Assembly (NCBI GenBank): GCA_963666315.2
Contig: CAXXHG010000010.1
Span: forward strand, 64,001-128,000
Length of the DNA: 64,000 bases
Reading direction: 5' to 3'
Source: Candidatus Binatia bacterium
GTDB taxonomy: Bacteria; Desulfobacterota; Binatia; Bin18
Both the position numbers and the translations under genes were made by a program. Below the pieces are notes generated by a model. That model was not told the DNA's origin, ran no database searches, and was given only the letters and a program-made list of their open reading frames with translations. Shown here one piece after another: positions 1-9,551 of the stretch. Each line of letters begins with the position of its first letter. The first letter of the stretch is position 1.

Positions 1-515
1 TTCGGCTGGACGAACACGCCTAAACTGACGGCCGAAGGCAGCTGCTCAGAGGTCAGTAGATAGTGGGCAATATCCTGCCCAATTTCTCCCGAGACGATGG
101 GTAACACCGTGCGATAAGGCTCTTTATCCCAGCGTTGCCTGCGTATCACGGCCATCGTGCCTTGCCCCACAAGACCACCAACGTCAAGCTTGCCATTCCG
201 AACCGGAAGATGCGCGCGCGGCCGGTAGACAAATCCACGCACCTCGCCTTGCGCATTCGCGTCTATCACTAGCCCTCGCAACGGTCCATTACCCATAAAC
301 TGGATGGACAGTTGTCCATCTTCCTTCATCAGACTCCCCAGCAGGAGCCCGGCGGTCATCGTCCGTCCCAGTGCTGCGGTCGCCGTAGGGGCGGTATGGT
401 GACGTACGCGCGCTTCGTCGGCCACGCCGGTCGTTACCACAGCCAGCGCGCGGACCGTGTTTCCGGCCGCAGTCGCCTTTACGAGGGCGTCAGACGGCAT
501 CTCAGACGTAATCAT
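1..515 (-). CDS. hslO: Hsp33 redox-regulated chaperone (runs off window start)
   Basis: Hand translation from ATG 515 gives MITSEMPSDALVKATAAGNTVRALAV...HHTAPTATAALGRTMTAGLLLG...GNGPLRGLVIDANAQGEVRGFV...VSGEIGQDIAHYLLTSEQLPSAVSLGV, typical Hsp33 motifs. Not in the ORF track. Confidence 0.93.
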   Translation of the reverse strand, partial: MITSEMPSDALVKATAAGNTVRALAVVTTGVADEARVRHHTAPTATAALGRTMTAGLLLGSLMKEDGQLSIQFMGNGPLRGLVIDANAQGEVRGFVYRPRAHLPVRNGKLDVGGLVGQGTMAVIRRQRWDKEPYRTVLPIVSGEIGQDIAHYLLTSEQLPSAVSLGVFVQP

Positions 516-525
516 GGCGTGGGAA

Positions 526-1761
526 TTATGGCGAGGCACGCGTCTCAGCGATGCTCTTCTTTTGTGTAGCGGCAGGTCGCTTTCTCGAACCAAGGTTGAG
601 AGGAACGGTTTCAACCACCTCAAGCCCATAGCCGGGCAAGCTGACTAAGCGACGAGAAGAATTGGTCAATAAGCGCATTTTCCGGACTCCTAAGTCACGC
701 AAGATTTGCGCGCCGATTCCATAATCACGGAAATCGCGTAGCTGCGAGCCCGGGTTGGTACTCGTCTGAGCCGAGCCGTCGTCGGATCGTCTGCTGGCTC
801 GGCTTGTGTCCCGGAAGAGCTGCTCCCCTTGTCCACTCTGTCGGAGGTAGAGAATTACGCCCCGGCCTTCAGCGGCGATCATCATCATGGATTGCTGTAG
901 GAGCGCGCTCGTATTGCCGTATGTGTAGCCGAAGACATCCCCAGGCACATACTCAGCGTGGGGCCGGACGAGTACCGGCTCGTCCGGATTCATATCGCCT
1001 TTTACCAGGACAAAATGTTCGGCTTCGTCCACATCACTCGTGTAGACGTAGCCCGTAAAATCCCCACCGTATCGGGTCGGCAAACGCGCCTCGGCAACAC
1101 GATGTACCAGCGAATCATTCTGCAGTCGATAATGAACGAGGTCTGCGATGGTCGCAATTCTGATCCCATGCTCATCTGCAAATTCCTCTAAATCGGGCAG
1201 ACGAGCCATGGTTCCATCCTCGCGCATGATCTCGCAAATGATGCTGGACGGATCCAGTCCGGCCAGACGGGATAAATCAACCGACCCTTCGGTTTGCCCG
1301 GTGCGAACCAGCACTCCGCCACGCCGGGCGCGTAGCGGAAACACATGCCCAGGCACGACAAAGTCCTCGGGTCGGGCGTCATCTCGGGTGGCGGCCAAAA
1401 TGGTCCTCGCCCGATCTTCAGCAGAAATCCCACGTGTCACATCTTTTCGTGCATCAAAAGACACGGTAAACGCCGTCCCAAGTGGAGCCGTATTCTTGGC
1501 CACCATCATCGGTAGTCCCAGCGCGTCAATACGGTCTTCGGCCATGGGCATACAAATCAGTCCTCGCCCATATGTGGCCATGAAATTGATCGCCTCAGGC
1601 GTGGCCTTTTCGGCTGCCATGCAGAGATCACCCTCGTTCTCTCTGTCCTCATCGTCCATGAGAATAATCATCCGGCCAGCCCGAATTTCTTCAATCGCCT
1701 CTTTGATCGATGCGATATGACGGCTTTTATGGTCGGGGGCGCGCGAAGGTACGGTAAACAT
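526..1761 (-). CDS. ribB: 3,4-dihydroxy-2-butanone-4-phosphate synthase fused to a degenerate GTP cyclohydrolase II domain (RibBX-type)
   Basis: RibB motifs DDEDRENEGD, TAFTVS, PGHVFPL, GQTEGSVDL, CEIM. The C-terminal RibA-like part has DFRDYGIGAQIL and RLLTN but no Zn-binding cysteines. Start placed at 1761 (track 1851). Confidence 0.92.
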   Translation of the reverse strand: MFTVPSRAPDHKSRHIASIKEAIEEIRAGRMIILMDDEDRENEGDLCMAAEKATPEAINFMATYGRGLICMPMAEDRIDALGLPMMVAKNTAPLGTAFTVSFDARKDVTRGISAEDRARTILAATRDDARPEDFVVPGHVFPLRARRGGVLVRTGQTEGSVDLSRLAGLDPSSIICEIMREDGTMARLPDLEEFADEHGIRIATIADLVHYRLQNDSLVHRVAEARLPTRYGGDFTGYVYTSDVDEAEHFVLVKGDMNPDEPVLVRPHAEYVPGDVFGYTYGNTSALLQQSMMMIAAEGRGVILYLRQSGQGEQLFRDTSRASRRSDDGSAQTSTNPGSQLRDFRDYGIGAQILRDLGVRKMRLLTNSSRRLVSLPGYGLEVVETVPLNLGSRKRPAATQKKSIAETRASP

Positions 1762-2035
1762 GCTCTGCCTCTCTTTAAATACCTTTTGGTCCTCGTATAC
1801 GAGCATATAACTGGCACTCTGACAATCTGTAAAGTAGACCCTGCGGCTCATCTCCTTTTCTACAGCGAACGTTTCTTCCCGGTTAAGACTTGACCACCTT
1901 ACCGAGGCCAGGTAAATAACATATACGTACCGTCCGAAGTGGCAGGTAGCTCAGTCCTGTAAAACCGGGTTCTGGAACACAACAGGAAAGGGGAAACGCG
2001 CTTCCAGAAAAGGCTACGTAATAAGGAGAAGGCTT

Positions 2036-2449
2036 ATGCCACATGTGACGATCCAAGGGACAATTGATTTACGTCAAATCATTATTCGTCGGCCGGAGAT
2101 GTTCCTCCGCGATCCGGATGGGATCAAACGCGTCAGCGAATATTACATCAATACCGAGTGCACCAAACTATTGCTTGAAGCGCTGGTCATCGAACCGGGC
2201 AAAAAACAACAGTTTTTCTTACAGGTATGCAAAAAAGCGAATGGCGCGATGGTGCGCCTTGAACCGATCTGTCAGGTTGAAAAGACGGTGGGGGTCAAGC
2301 GCCTGATGGGACAAGTCGCGTTTGCTATTCGCTCTTTGTTCCCAGGTTCGCGCTACGCAAAGACCAACATTGCAGAGCATCTGCCCGATAATGGTGGGGT
2401 AACAAATTCCTCACGCGGAGGCGGCAAGAAACTGCGCGCCGTGGCGTAA
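2036..2449 (+). CDS. conserved hypothetical protein (137 aa)
   Basis: ORF with a good RBS (AAGGAG) and protein-like composition. Confidence 0.7.
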   Translation: MPHVTIQGTIDLRQIIIRRPEMFLRDPDGIKRVSEYYINTECTKLLLEALVIEPGKKQQFFLQVCKKANGAMVRLEPICQVEKTVGVKRLMGQVAFAIRSLFPGSRYAKTNIAEHLPDNGGVTNSSRGGGKKLRAVA

Positions 2450-2758
2450 GCCTTCAACTCAGCGGCTAAAAAAAGAGGGCATTCGGGTAGGACCATATCG
2501 GTCTGCAGTTTGTCCCTGTACGGAACATTCCCCTTCTACCAACCTGAGTCCGCCACTGGGACGTCGTGCGTCTCGCCGTAGACGTCGGCCTCATACTGGA
2601 GCCAGTCCGCAGTGGCGCGTACGGTACGCCCACCGTCCACTACCCACCAGTACATTCCACATCCTCCGATAAGAAATCCGCACAAAAAAGAGCGAAGCCG
2701 TTTTTTCCGCCTATCGTTTCTCTCTATCGGAAAAAACAGGCCAGTCTATATCACCCAC

Positions 2759-3736
2759 CTACGAGAAGGCGAGTTGTCCACGTCCCCACGCCGCCAACGC
2801 TAGGCCCAGCTTGCACGGCGTCGTCAGTGTGACCCGTTGCTGAAAGACATTAAATTTCTGTATTTCAATTTTTTTGAGCAGCCGGCGGTAAATAAGGCGC
2901 ATTGCTTCAGCAGCAACAAGGGAGCGGCGATCTTGCGGAGCTAAGAGGCTCACCGCCCGACGGTAGTAATCCTGGGCCCGTTCCGCTTCGAATGTCATCA
3001 GTCTCAAGAAGGCCTCATTATATACACCGTCCAAGAGCTCTTGTTCCGAGTATCGGAACCGGGCGAGGTCTTCGAGCGGTAAATAGATCCGAGCGCGTTG
3101 CGCGTCCTCGCCAACATCTCGAAGGATATTCGTCAGCTGGAAAGCAACACCGAGAGTGATTGCATACTCCCGCGTTTGCAGTGCCTCGTAACCAAAAATC
3201 TCTATGCACACCAAGCCGACTAAAGAGGCCACACGATAGCAGTACTCGTACAACTCGGAGAACGTTTGGTAGCGCGTACGACTCAGGTCCATTTCAACGC
3301 CGTCGATGATACCTGAAAGGTCTTCCTGTCGAATGGGAAAACGTCGCACAGTATCCGCTAGCGCCTGGGAAATGGGATGACGTGGCTGAGCCGTATAACA
3401 CCGATCAAGTTCTTCTCGCCAGGTGTTGAGTAATTGAGCAATCCGCTCTTTTTGTCCGTGAGGCTGCCTTTCGTCCGGCTGATCAGCTATGTCGTCAACA
3501 TATCGACAAAAAGCGTAGAAGGCGCACAGTGCATCATGACGGTCCCAAGGAAGCAGCCGGAAGGCGTAATAGAAATTTGAGGAGCTGCGCTGGGTAATCC
3601 GACGACAGTAGGCATAGGCCTCAGCAAGCGAAAGGGCTTCCGCAACAGACAAGAGCGCTTCCCCAGTAGGCGAACGTGCTTCCCCAGTAGGCGAAGCTAC
3701 AAACTGTGCTTGTTGGGCCCCCTTCTCTCCGCTCAC
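2759..3736 (-). CDS. hpnD: squalene/phytoene synthase family protein (HpnD/CrtB-like)
   Basis: SNFYYAFRLLP, YAFCRYVDDIAD, YCYRVASLVG, AFQLTNILRDVGED, RIYLP motifs. Confidence 0.8.
   Translation of the reverse strand: MSGEKGAQQAQFVASPTGEARSPTGEALLSVAEALSLAEAYAYCRRITQRSSSNFYYAFRLLPWDRHDALCAFYAFCRYVDDIADQPDERQPHGQKERIAQLLNTWREELDRCYTAQPRHPISQALADTVRRFPIRQEDLSGIIDGVEMDLSRTRYQTFSELYEYCYRVASLVGLVCIEIFGYEALQTREYAITLGVAFQLTNILRDVGEDAQRARIYLPLEDLARFRYSEQELLDGVYNEAFLRLMTFEAERAQDYYRRAVSLLAPQDRRSLVAAEAMRLIYRRLLKKIEIQKFNVFQQRVTLTTPCKLGLALAAWGRGQLAFS
3657..3695. repeat. 21-bp-period tandem duplication in the 5' end of hpnD
   Basis: GCTTCCCCAGTAGGCGAA at 3657 and 3678, encoding SPTGEA twice. Confidence 0.85.
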
Positions 3737-3792
3737 CCGGTCACCCCATCTTCAGACTGTGCTCCCACTTCCACTGCGCTACCGCCTTCACT

Positions 3793-4968
3793 CTAGGCCG
3801 CTACGTTCTGTCCGGCACTCCCTGCGGCTGCCTTCGCCTGTCCCCGTGCCCACTGGTCAGCCTCAAGGACGCTCTCCAGATCCGTCACCGGCTGATGTTC
3901 GTGAGCCTCGAGAACCCGCTCGTTCACCCCAGCTATGTCCAAAAAAGTAATCTGCCCGGACAGAAAGAGGGCCACGGACACTTCATTCGCCGCATTGAGT
4001 ACGGCGGGACACGTTCCCCCCTGTTGTAATGCCGTATAGGCGAGCCTCAGACAAGGAAATTTCTCAAAATCAGGTTCGCAAAACTCAAGGTGGGCGGCCT
4101 CAACAAGATTGAGTGAGGGCAAGTGATCCAGCGACAACCGATCCGGGTAGGCAAGAATGTATGAAATCGGGATTTTCATGTCCGGAATCCCCAGTTGGGC
4201 CAGGACCGATCCATCAATATACTCGACCATCGAGTGGACAATACTTTGCGGATGAACAATGACAGAGATCTGATCAGGCTGGAGGCCGAAGAGCCAGCGC
4301 GCCTCAATAACCTCCAGCCCTTTATTCATGAGGGTTGCCGAGTCTATGGTAATCTTATTGCCCATCTTCCAAGTCGGATGCTGGAGTGCCTCTTCCACGC
4401 TGACCGTTTTCAGCTCTTCGGCCGGACGATGAAGAAACGGCCCGCCCGACGCGGTCAACAGGATGCGCTTGACTTGCTCGCGCTTATGCCCCTGTAATAC
4501 CTGAAAAATCGCGTTATGCTCGCTATCTACGGGGAGGAGCTGAACCCCGTACTGCGCCGCCTCTCTCGTCATCAGCTCTCCGGAGACGACCAGAGCCTCT
4601 TTATTTGCTAACGCAATATCCTTCCCAGCCCGGATTGCAGCGAATGTCGGCGGCAGTCCGATTGCTCCGACAAGGGCGGCCATGACCATATCCGCCTCGG
4701 CATGCGTAGCAGTCGCAATCAAGCCCGCCTCCCCCCACACAATCTCCCCACGGAACTCAGGCAGATCGTCCCGCAACCGGGTTGCATCCGCTTCTTGAGC
4801 CACAGAAACAAGCAAAGGCTGGAAGACCCGAATTTGTTCAGTCAGTTTGGCCAAATTTCTTCCTGCTGCCAGGGCAACGACCCGAAATCGGTCAGGAAAA
4901 CGGCCGACGATGTCAAGGGTTGAGACCCCGATAGAACCGGTCGATCCAAGAATAGCCAGCTTTTTCAT
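3793..4968 (-). CDS. dxr: 1-deoxy-D-xylulose-5-phosphate reductoisomerase
   Basis: ILGSTGSIG, ALANKE, LPVDSEH, TASGGPF, HPTWKMGNKITIDSATLMNKGLE. Confidence 0.98.
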   Translation of the reverse strand: MKKLAILGSTGSIGVSTLDIVGRFPDRFRVVALAAGRNLAKLTEQIRVFQPLLVSVAQEADATRLRDDLPEFRGEIVWGEAGLIATATHAEADMVMAALVGAIGLPPTFAAIRAGKDIALANKEALVVSGELMTREAAQYGVQLLPVDSEHNAIFQVLQGHKREQVKRILLTASGGPFLHRPAEELKTVSVEEALQHPTWKMGNKITIDSATLMNKGLEVIEARWLFGLQPDQISVIVHPQSIVHSMVEYIDGSVLAQLGIPDMKIPISYILAYPDRLSLDHLPSLNLVEAAHLEFCEPDFEKFPCLRLAYTALQQGGTCPAVLNAANEVSVALFLSGQITFLDIAGVNERVLEAHEHQPVTDLESVLEADQWARGQAKAAAGSAGQNVAA

Positions 4969-5006
4969 CTTACACCCCTAGGTCGTTATACGCGCGCGGC
5001 CCCTTT

Positions 5007-5039
5007 ATACTGCCACAGCTTGCATACTGCCACGGCTTG
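5007..5039. repeat. 17-bp-period direct repeat in the dxr promoter region
   Basis: ATACTGCCACAGCTTG (5007-5022) and ATACTGCCACGGCTTG (5024-5039). Confidence 0.85.
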
Positions 5040-5286
5040 ATCCACCCACTTCTCAGAGCGGCGGCCTCTTCCCTGGACTGCATTCGTACCGAACAAAGTC
5101 GGGGGCCGTCAAGCTCGGCTAAGCCTGGTGGCCAAAACCGTCTTGCCAACTCGGAGCATGTCCGCGTCCCTCAATCCGCATTATCAGCCCCTCACTCTAC
5201 CAGACATGTATGCAGATAGGTATCAAAGAGAATTTTTATCGGATACTTCCTCTTGTTTGATTTCCCCTCGCCGGAAACTCTGGTAC

Positions 5287-5346
5287 CGTAGCCCATAAGC
5301 GCCTGTGCGTAGCCCATGGCCGTCTACGTGTGGCCCATGAGCGCTT
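5287..5346. repeat. three imperfect 21-bp tandem units upstream of the TolB-like gene
   Basis: CGTAGCCCAT at 5287 and 5308, TGTGGCCCAT at 5329. Confidence 0.7.
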
Positions 5347-5362
5347 CGAAGGATGAATCATT

Positions 5363-6643
5363 ATGGGACGGAAATACTCGTACACCTTTACCCTGCTCGC
5401 CTCCTGCCTGCTCCTCTTACCTTCCCTTCCGGTGTCTGCTGAACCCACGACCGGTCGTATTGCGTTTATTGATCGTGCCGGCGATCTCTATACCATACAC
5501 CCGAATGGCAGCAATCGGCGCAAGCTGGCTTCCGGAGAAATGCTTCAACAAGTCGCATTCTCTCTCCAGCCGGTGCAACAGGCACGTGACTTCTATAGTT
5601 GGCCGGCCTGGTCTCCAGACGGCCAGCGACTCGCCAGCTTTCGTTTCGAAATCAGCAATGGCCAACCAACAGACGGCTTATACATCTTCGATGTTCCGAC
5701 TTCCCGCGTTTTGCACGTCTATAAGGAATCCGGTCTCCAACCCATCTATGCCTATTGGGCTCCCAATAGCCGCCAACTCGGCCTTCTGTTCGGCGGGCGT
5801 GCGCTTTCCCTGGGTCTTTGGCCGACATCGGGCGGCCGGCGTCCGCAAACAGTCGCTCGTGGTGCGCCCCTTTATTTTAACTGGAGGTCTGACGGAAAGG
5901 CCGTTCTGGTCCATGCCGGGGGGGATCGTGAGAGCGAATCCGGTCATTCGGTCAGTGTGCTCAATATTGAAAGCGGGGAAAGACAGCTGCTATCAGGCTC
6001 TCCGTCTGCATTTGGACCCTCATCGTGGTCCTTTAACGGACGCTGGTTGGCGTATAGCAGCCAAAAAAAGGGCGAGGAAAAACCGTCACTTATGATCGCT
6101 GCAGGCGACGGCAGCCAACCCGAGTCGGTTGCCTTCGTACCTGACCGTATTGCCCTCGCATGGTCTCCCGCCCAACCGCTTTTGGCTATTGCGACTACAT
6201 CTTTTGTTGGGGACCCCTTGTTTGAAGAGATCCGGCTGTTTGATGTAGCATCCGGCTCAATGCGCACGCTTATCAAAGATGATTTTGCGGCCTTCTTCTG
6301 GTCTCCGGACGGGACGCGAATTTTGTACGCAAAACGGAACCTAGACCGTGCACATTGGGCATGGGCCGTGGTTGAGCTGAGCGACGCAAAACCCATTGAG
6401 GTGACGAACTTTACCCCGTCTCGCCCACAGACCTTGGTCTTTCAGTATTTTGACCAGTACGCGCTTTCACACCGTTTATGGTCTCCAGACAGCCGGCATT
6501 TTACCTTCAGCGGCAATGCCGGCCCACAGCCAGGAGCTGCTCGGGGATTTGGCTCCCCAGCAGTGTATGTCATTCAAGCGGTCGAGGGGGCTAGCGCTCA
6601 GCAGCTTTCGGATGGCCATATAGCCTTCTGGTCTCCACAATAA
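5363..6643 (+). CDS. secreted TolB-like / PD40 beta-propeller protein
   Basis: Signal peptide and repeated PAWSPDG/WSPDG/WAP motifs. Confidence 0.85.
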   Translation: MGRKYSYTFTLLASCLLLLPSLPVSAEPTTGRIAFIDRAGDLYTIHPNGSNRRKLASGEMLQQVAFSLQPVQQARDFYSWPAWSPDGQRLASFRFEISNGQPTDGLYIFDVPTSRVLHVYKESGLQPIYAYWAPNSRQLGLLFGGRALSLGLWPTSGGRRPQTVARGAPLYFNWRSDGKAVLVHAGGDRESESGHSVSVLNIESGERQLLSGSPSAFGPSSWSFNGRWLAYSSQKKGEEKPSLMIAAGDGSQPESVAFVPDRIALAWSPAQPLLAIATTSFVGDPLFEEIRLFDVASGSMRTLIKDDFAAFFWSPDGTRILYAKRNLDRAHWAWAVVELSDAKPIEVTNFTPSRPQTLVFQYFDQYALSHRLWSPDSRHFTFSGNAGPQPGAARGFGSPAVYVIQAVEGASAQQLSDGHIAFWSPQ

Positions 6644-6816
6644 AGAACTTCTTCAATGAATTTGCTCAAATAATATGCTCCTGCCGCCATTCTCCCTCGG
6701 GCAGTTTTTCACCAGTCTGCTGACGAAAACCTAGGCGTTGCCTAAAATCTAACCAGCACAAAATCATTTTTGAGCTGTATATCAGCAATGAGCCTAGGGA
6801 ATTGCAAAATCCTTGA

Positions 6817-6833
6817 ACGGCATCTTTTTTGCC
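6817..6833 (+). promoter_or_regulatory. putative sigma-54 (-24/-12) promoter for amtB
   Basis: acGGCATCTTTTTTGCc has GG 6819-6820 and GC 6831-6832 with exact GG-N10-GC spacing, about 100 bp upstream of amtB. Confidence 0.65.
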
Positions 6834-6928
6834 TATAGGTATGAATACCCTCACCATTACGTTGCCAATACGGGGCAATCGGCAACGGACAGTCGTACTG
6901 TCTCAGCGTGAGGAAGGAGGGATATACA

Positions 6929-8245
6929 ATGAAAAATTTGCTGCAGGCGTCAAGGTACGCCTTACTTGGACTGGGAGCACTCGCGCTCAATCTGCTCGCC
7001 ATGGCAACATCAGCCTGGGCAGAAGAAGCGGCAGCACTCGACAGCGGGGATACCGCCTGGATGCTCACCGCCACAGCGCTGGTGCTCTTCATGACCCTGC
7101 CCGGCCTGGCGTTATTCTATGGCGGTCTGGTCAGGACAAAAAACGTCCTGTCCGTCCTCGGCCAATGTTTTGCAATGGCCGGCGTTATGACCCTGCTCTG
7201 GATCATCTACGGCTATAGCTATGCCGCCACCGAGGGTGGCGCAATAATAGGAAACGCCTCCAAGCTCTTCCTCAAAGATCTGACTGTTGGCGCCCTCAGA
7301 GGCACCATACCCGAGTCGGTCTTCCTAACCTTCCAGATGACCTTTGCGATCATCACCCCGGCGCTCATCGTCGGCGCCTTTGCCGAGCGTATGAAGTTCA
7401 GCGCCATGTTGATCTTCATGATCATCTGGTTCACCTTCAGCTATGTACCGATCTGGCACATGGCCTGGGGCGGCGGCCTTTTCGCCGGCTGGGGAGTACT
7501 GGATTTTGCCGGGGGTACCGTTGTGCATATCAATGCCGGTATCGCCGCGCTGGTTATCTGCGTGATGATCGGCGCGCGCAAAGGTTACGCGGCAGAGCCC
7601 ATGAGACCCCACAGCCTCGTCCTAACCGTCGTCGGAGCCAGCATGCTTTGGGTTGGCTGGTTCGGCTTCAACGCCGGTAGCCAGCTCGCCGCAGACGGCA
7701 CCGCCGGCATGGCCCTGCTCGTCACTCAGATCTCCACCGCCACAGCTGTAGTTGTCTGGATGCTCATCGAGTGGTTAGGGCATGGCAAGCCGAGCATTCT
7801 CGGCATGGCCACCGCCGCGGTTGCGGGACTGGTCGCTATCACGCCGGCCAGCGGCACAGCGGGCCCCATGGGCGCGATGCTGATCGGCACCGCCTCAGCC
7901 GTCCTGTGCTACCTGGCTACCGCCAAGCTGAAGCAGAAGTTCAGCTATGATGACAGCCTCGACGTCTTCGGCGTGCACGGCATCGGAGGAATCGTCGGAT
8001 CGATTCTCACCGGTCTGTGCGCAGCCGAATTTATGGGCGGCGCGGGTTTCGAAGCTACCTCTGCTACGGCCCAGGTAATCCAGCAGGTAAAGAGCGTCGT
8101 CGTTACCGTCCTCTTGAGTGGCGGCGTCTCTGTTATAGCCTATATGATCGCTAACGCCCTCACTGGAGGCGCGCGCATCAGCGAAGAGGGTGAGCAGATG
8201 GGCCTCGACCTTGCTGACCACGACGAGAGCGGCTATATCTCCTGA
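6929..8245 (+). CDS. amtB: ammonium transporter
   Basis: DSGDTAWML, LALFYGGLVR, FQMTFAIITPAL, AFAER, DFAGGTVVHINAG, WFGFNAGS, DDSLDVFGVHG. RBS AGGAGG. Confidence 0.97.
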   Translation: MKNLLQASRYALLGLGALALNLLAMATSAWAEEAAALDSGDTAWMLTATALVLFMTLPGLALFYGGLVRTKNVLSVLGQCFAMAGVMTLLWIIYGYSYAATEGGAIIGNASKLFLKDLTVGALRGTIPESVFLTFQMTFAIITPALIVGAFAERMKFSAMLIFMIIWFTFSYVPIWHMAWGGGLFAGWGVLDFAGGTVVHINAGIAALVICVMIGARKGYAAEPMRPHSLVLTVVGASMLWVGWFGFNAGSQLAADGTAGMALLVTQISTATAVVVWMLIEWLGHGKPSILGMATAAVAGLVAITPASGTAGPMGAMLIGTASAVLCYLATAKLKQKFSYDDSLDVFGVHGIGGIVGSILTGLCAAEFMGGAGFEATSATAQVIQQVKSVVVTVLLSGGVSVIAYMIANALTGGARISEEGEQMGLDLADHDESGYIS

Positions 8246-8340
8246 GACGGCTGACGGCGTCTAGAGCTATATCCCTTTAGACAAGGACGGGTCCAAAGCT
8301 CGCCCGTGTTTCTTTGAGACACAATCTATCCGCCGACAAA

Positions 8341-9543
8341 TCAATTAATGACTCCGGCTACTCTGAGCTGCTGCAGGTCTGCAGCGCTTAGCCCTATTGC
8401 AGTCAGGACTTCGTCCGTATGCTGCCCCAGAGCGGGTGGTGGACTGTGGATTTCAGCCGGTGTATCCGCAAAATGCCACACCGGACCAATCGTACGGAAA
8501 CTGCCTCCGGCGGGCTGTTCGACCTCTTTGACGATGTCGAGTTCATCAATCTGGGGATGGGCGAATAAGGACGGATAGGTGTTAAACGCTACCGCATCAC
8601 CACGGAACTCATGGATCAGCTTGAGCACTTCTTCATTGCTGAGTTTTTGAAACGCCTGCTCCCAAATGGGCTTCACCTCAGGCGCATGGCGGCCTATGCT
8701 AGTTGCCTCACGTCCGAAACCTTCAAATCGCGGGTCGGCAATATACTCCTCCAGCCCGAGGCTCAGCATCAGCCGATCCCAGTCTTCACTACTGCCCCGA
8801 CGCAGGCCGAAATAGACATGGCCGTCTTTGGTTTTATACCCTTCATCCGGCGGCCGCGTGTAATGATCGAGGTGGAAGCCATACCACTCATCCGGATCGG
8901 TCATGGACGTCCACATAATGCCGCGCATGTGCAGCAGGGTGCCGAGCATACTGACCGCAATTCGCTGCCCCTCTCCGGTCCGTACACGGTGCAACAATCC
9001 AGCCGTTACTGCCTGCGAGGCCATAATGCCCGTATTCAGACTCGCAACATCGGCCCCCAACCGGACCGGGGCTGCGCCTATCTTTCCCAGCGAATGGGTG
9101 TAATCGGCCAGCGCCTGGACAACCAGCTCCGCACCGGGCAAGTCTCGCAGTGGTCCCTCTTCCCCGTAGGCACTAATCGCGCAGTAGACGAGTGCGGGAT
9201 TACTTTGAATGACATCACCGTAGCCGAGTCTCAGTTTTTCAGCCTCTCCAGGTCCAAGGTCTTCCAATATCACATCCGCCTGTGAGGCGAGCCGTCGAAT
9301 CAGCTCTTGGCCTTCGGCCTTCGCAAGATCCACCACGACGCTTTTTTTATTCCGATTGAGGCTCAAAAAGACGGCGCTTGCATCCTCAATAAACGGCGGA
9401 CCCATGGTCCGCGAGGCCTCACCAGTCAGCGGTTCGATCTTGATGATCTCCGCCCCGGCGTCGCCTAGCCGCATGGAGGCAAAAGGGCCACACAGTCCTT
9501 GCGTGAGGTCAATGATCCGAAATCCCTCCAGTGCACCCGGCAT
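8341..9543 (-). CDS. class III (CaiB/BaiF) CoA-transferase, probably a non-catalytic subunit
   Basis: GPFASMRLGDAGAEIIKIEP, NRNKKSV, PPALGQHTDEVL. Ser appears at the usual catalytic Asp position (GADVASLNTG). Confidence 0.88.
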   Translation of the reverse strand: MPGALEGFRIIDLTQGLCGPFASMRLGDAGAEIIKIEPLTGEASRTMGPPFIEDASAVFLSLNRNKKSVVVDLAKAEGQELIRRLASQADVILEDLGPGEAEKLRLGYGDVIQSNPALVYCAISAYGEEGPLRDLPGAELVVQALADYTHSLGKIGAAPVRLGADVASLNTGIMASQAVTAGLLHRVRTGEGQRIAVSMLGTLLHMRGIMWTSMTDPDEWYGFHLDHYTRPPDEGYKTKDGHVYFGLRRGSSEDWDRLMLSLGLEEYIADPRFEGFGREATSIGRHAPEVKPIWEQAFQKLSNEEVLKLIHEFRGDAVAFNTYPSLFAHPQIDELDIVKEVEQPAGGSFRTIGPVWHFADTPAEIHSPPPALGQHTDEVLTAIGLSAADLQQLRVAGVIN

Positions 9544-9551
9544 GCAATCTC

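Noticed and set aside
1860-2030. FMN or cobalamin riboswitch upstream of ribB
   Set aside because: FMN motifs (AGGGCGGGGTG/AGTCCG) are absent, and only an isolated ACCTGCC resembles the B12 box. Kept only as an unknown structured-RNA candidate.
5287-5346. Periodic repeats as a mini-CRISPR array
   Set aside because: The period is only 21 bp with three degenerate units, no room for spacers and no cas genes.
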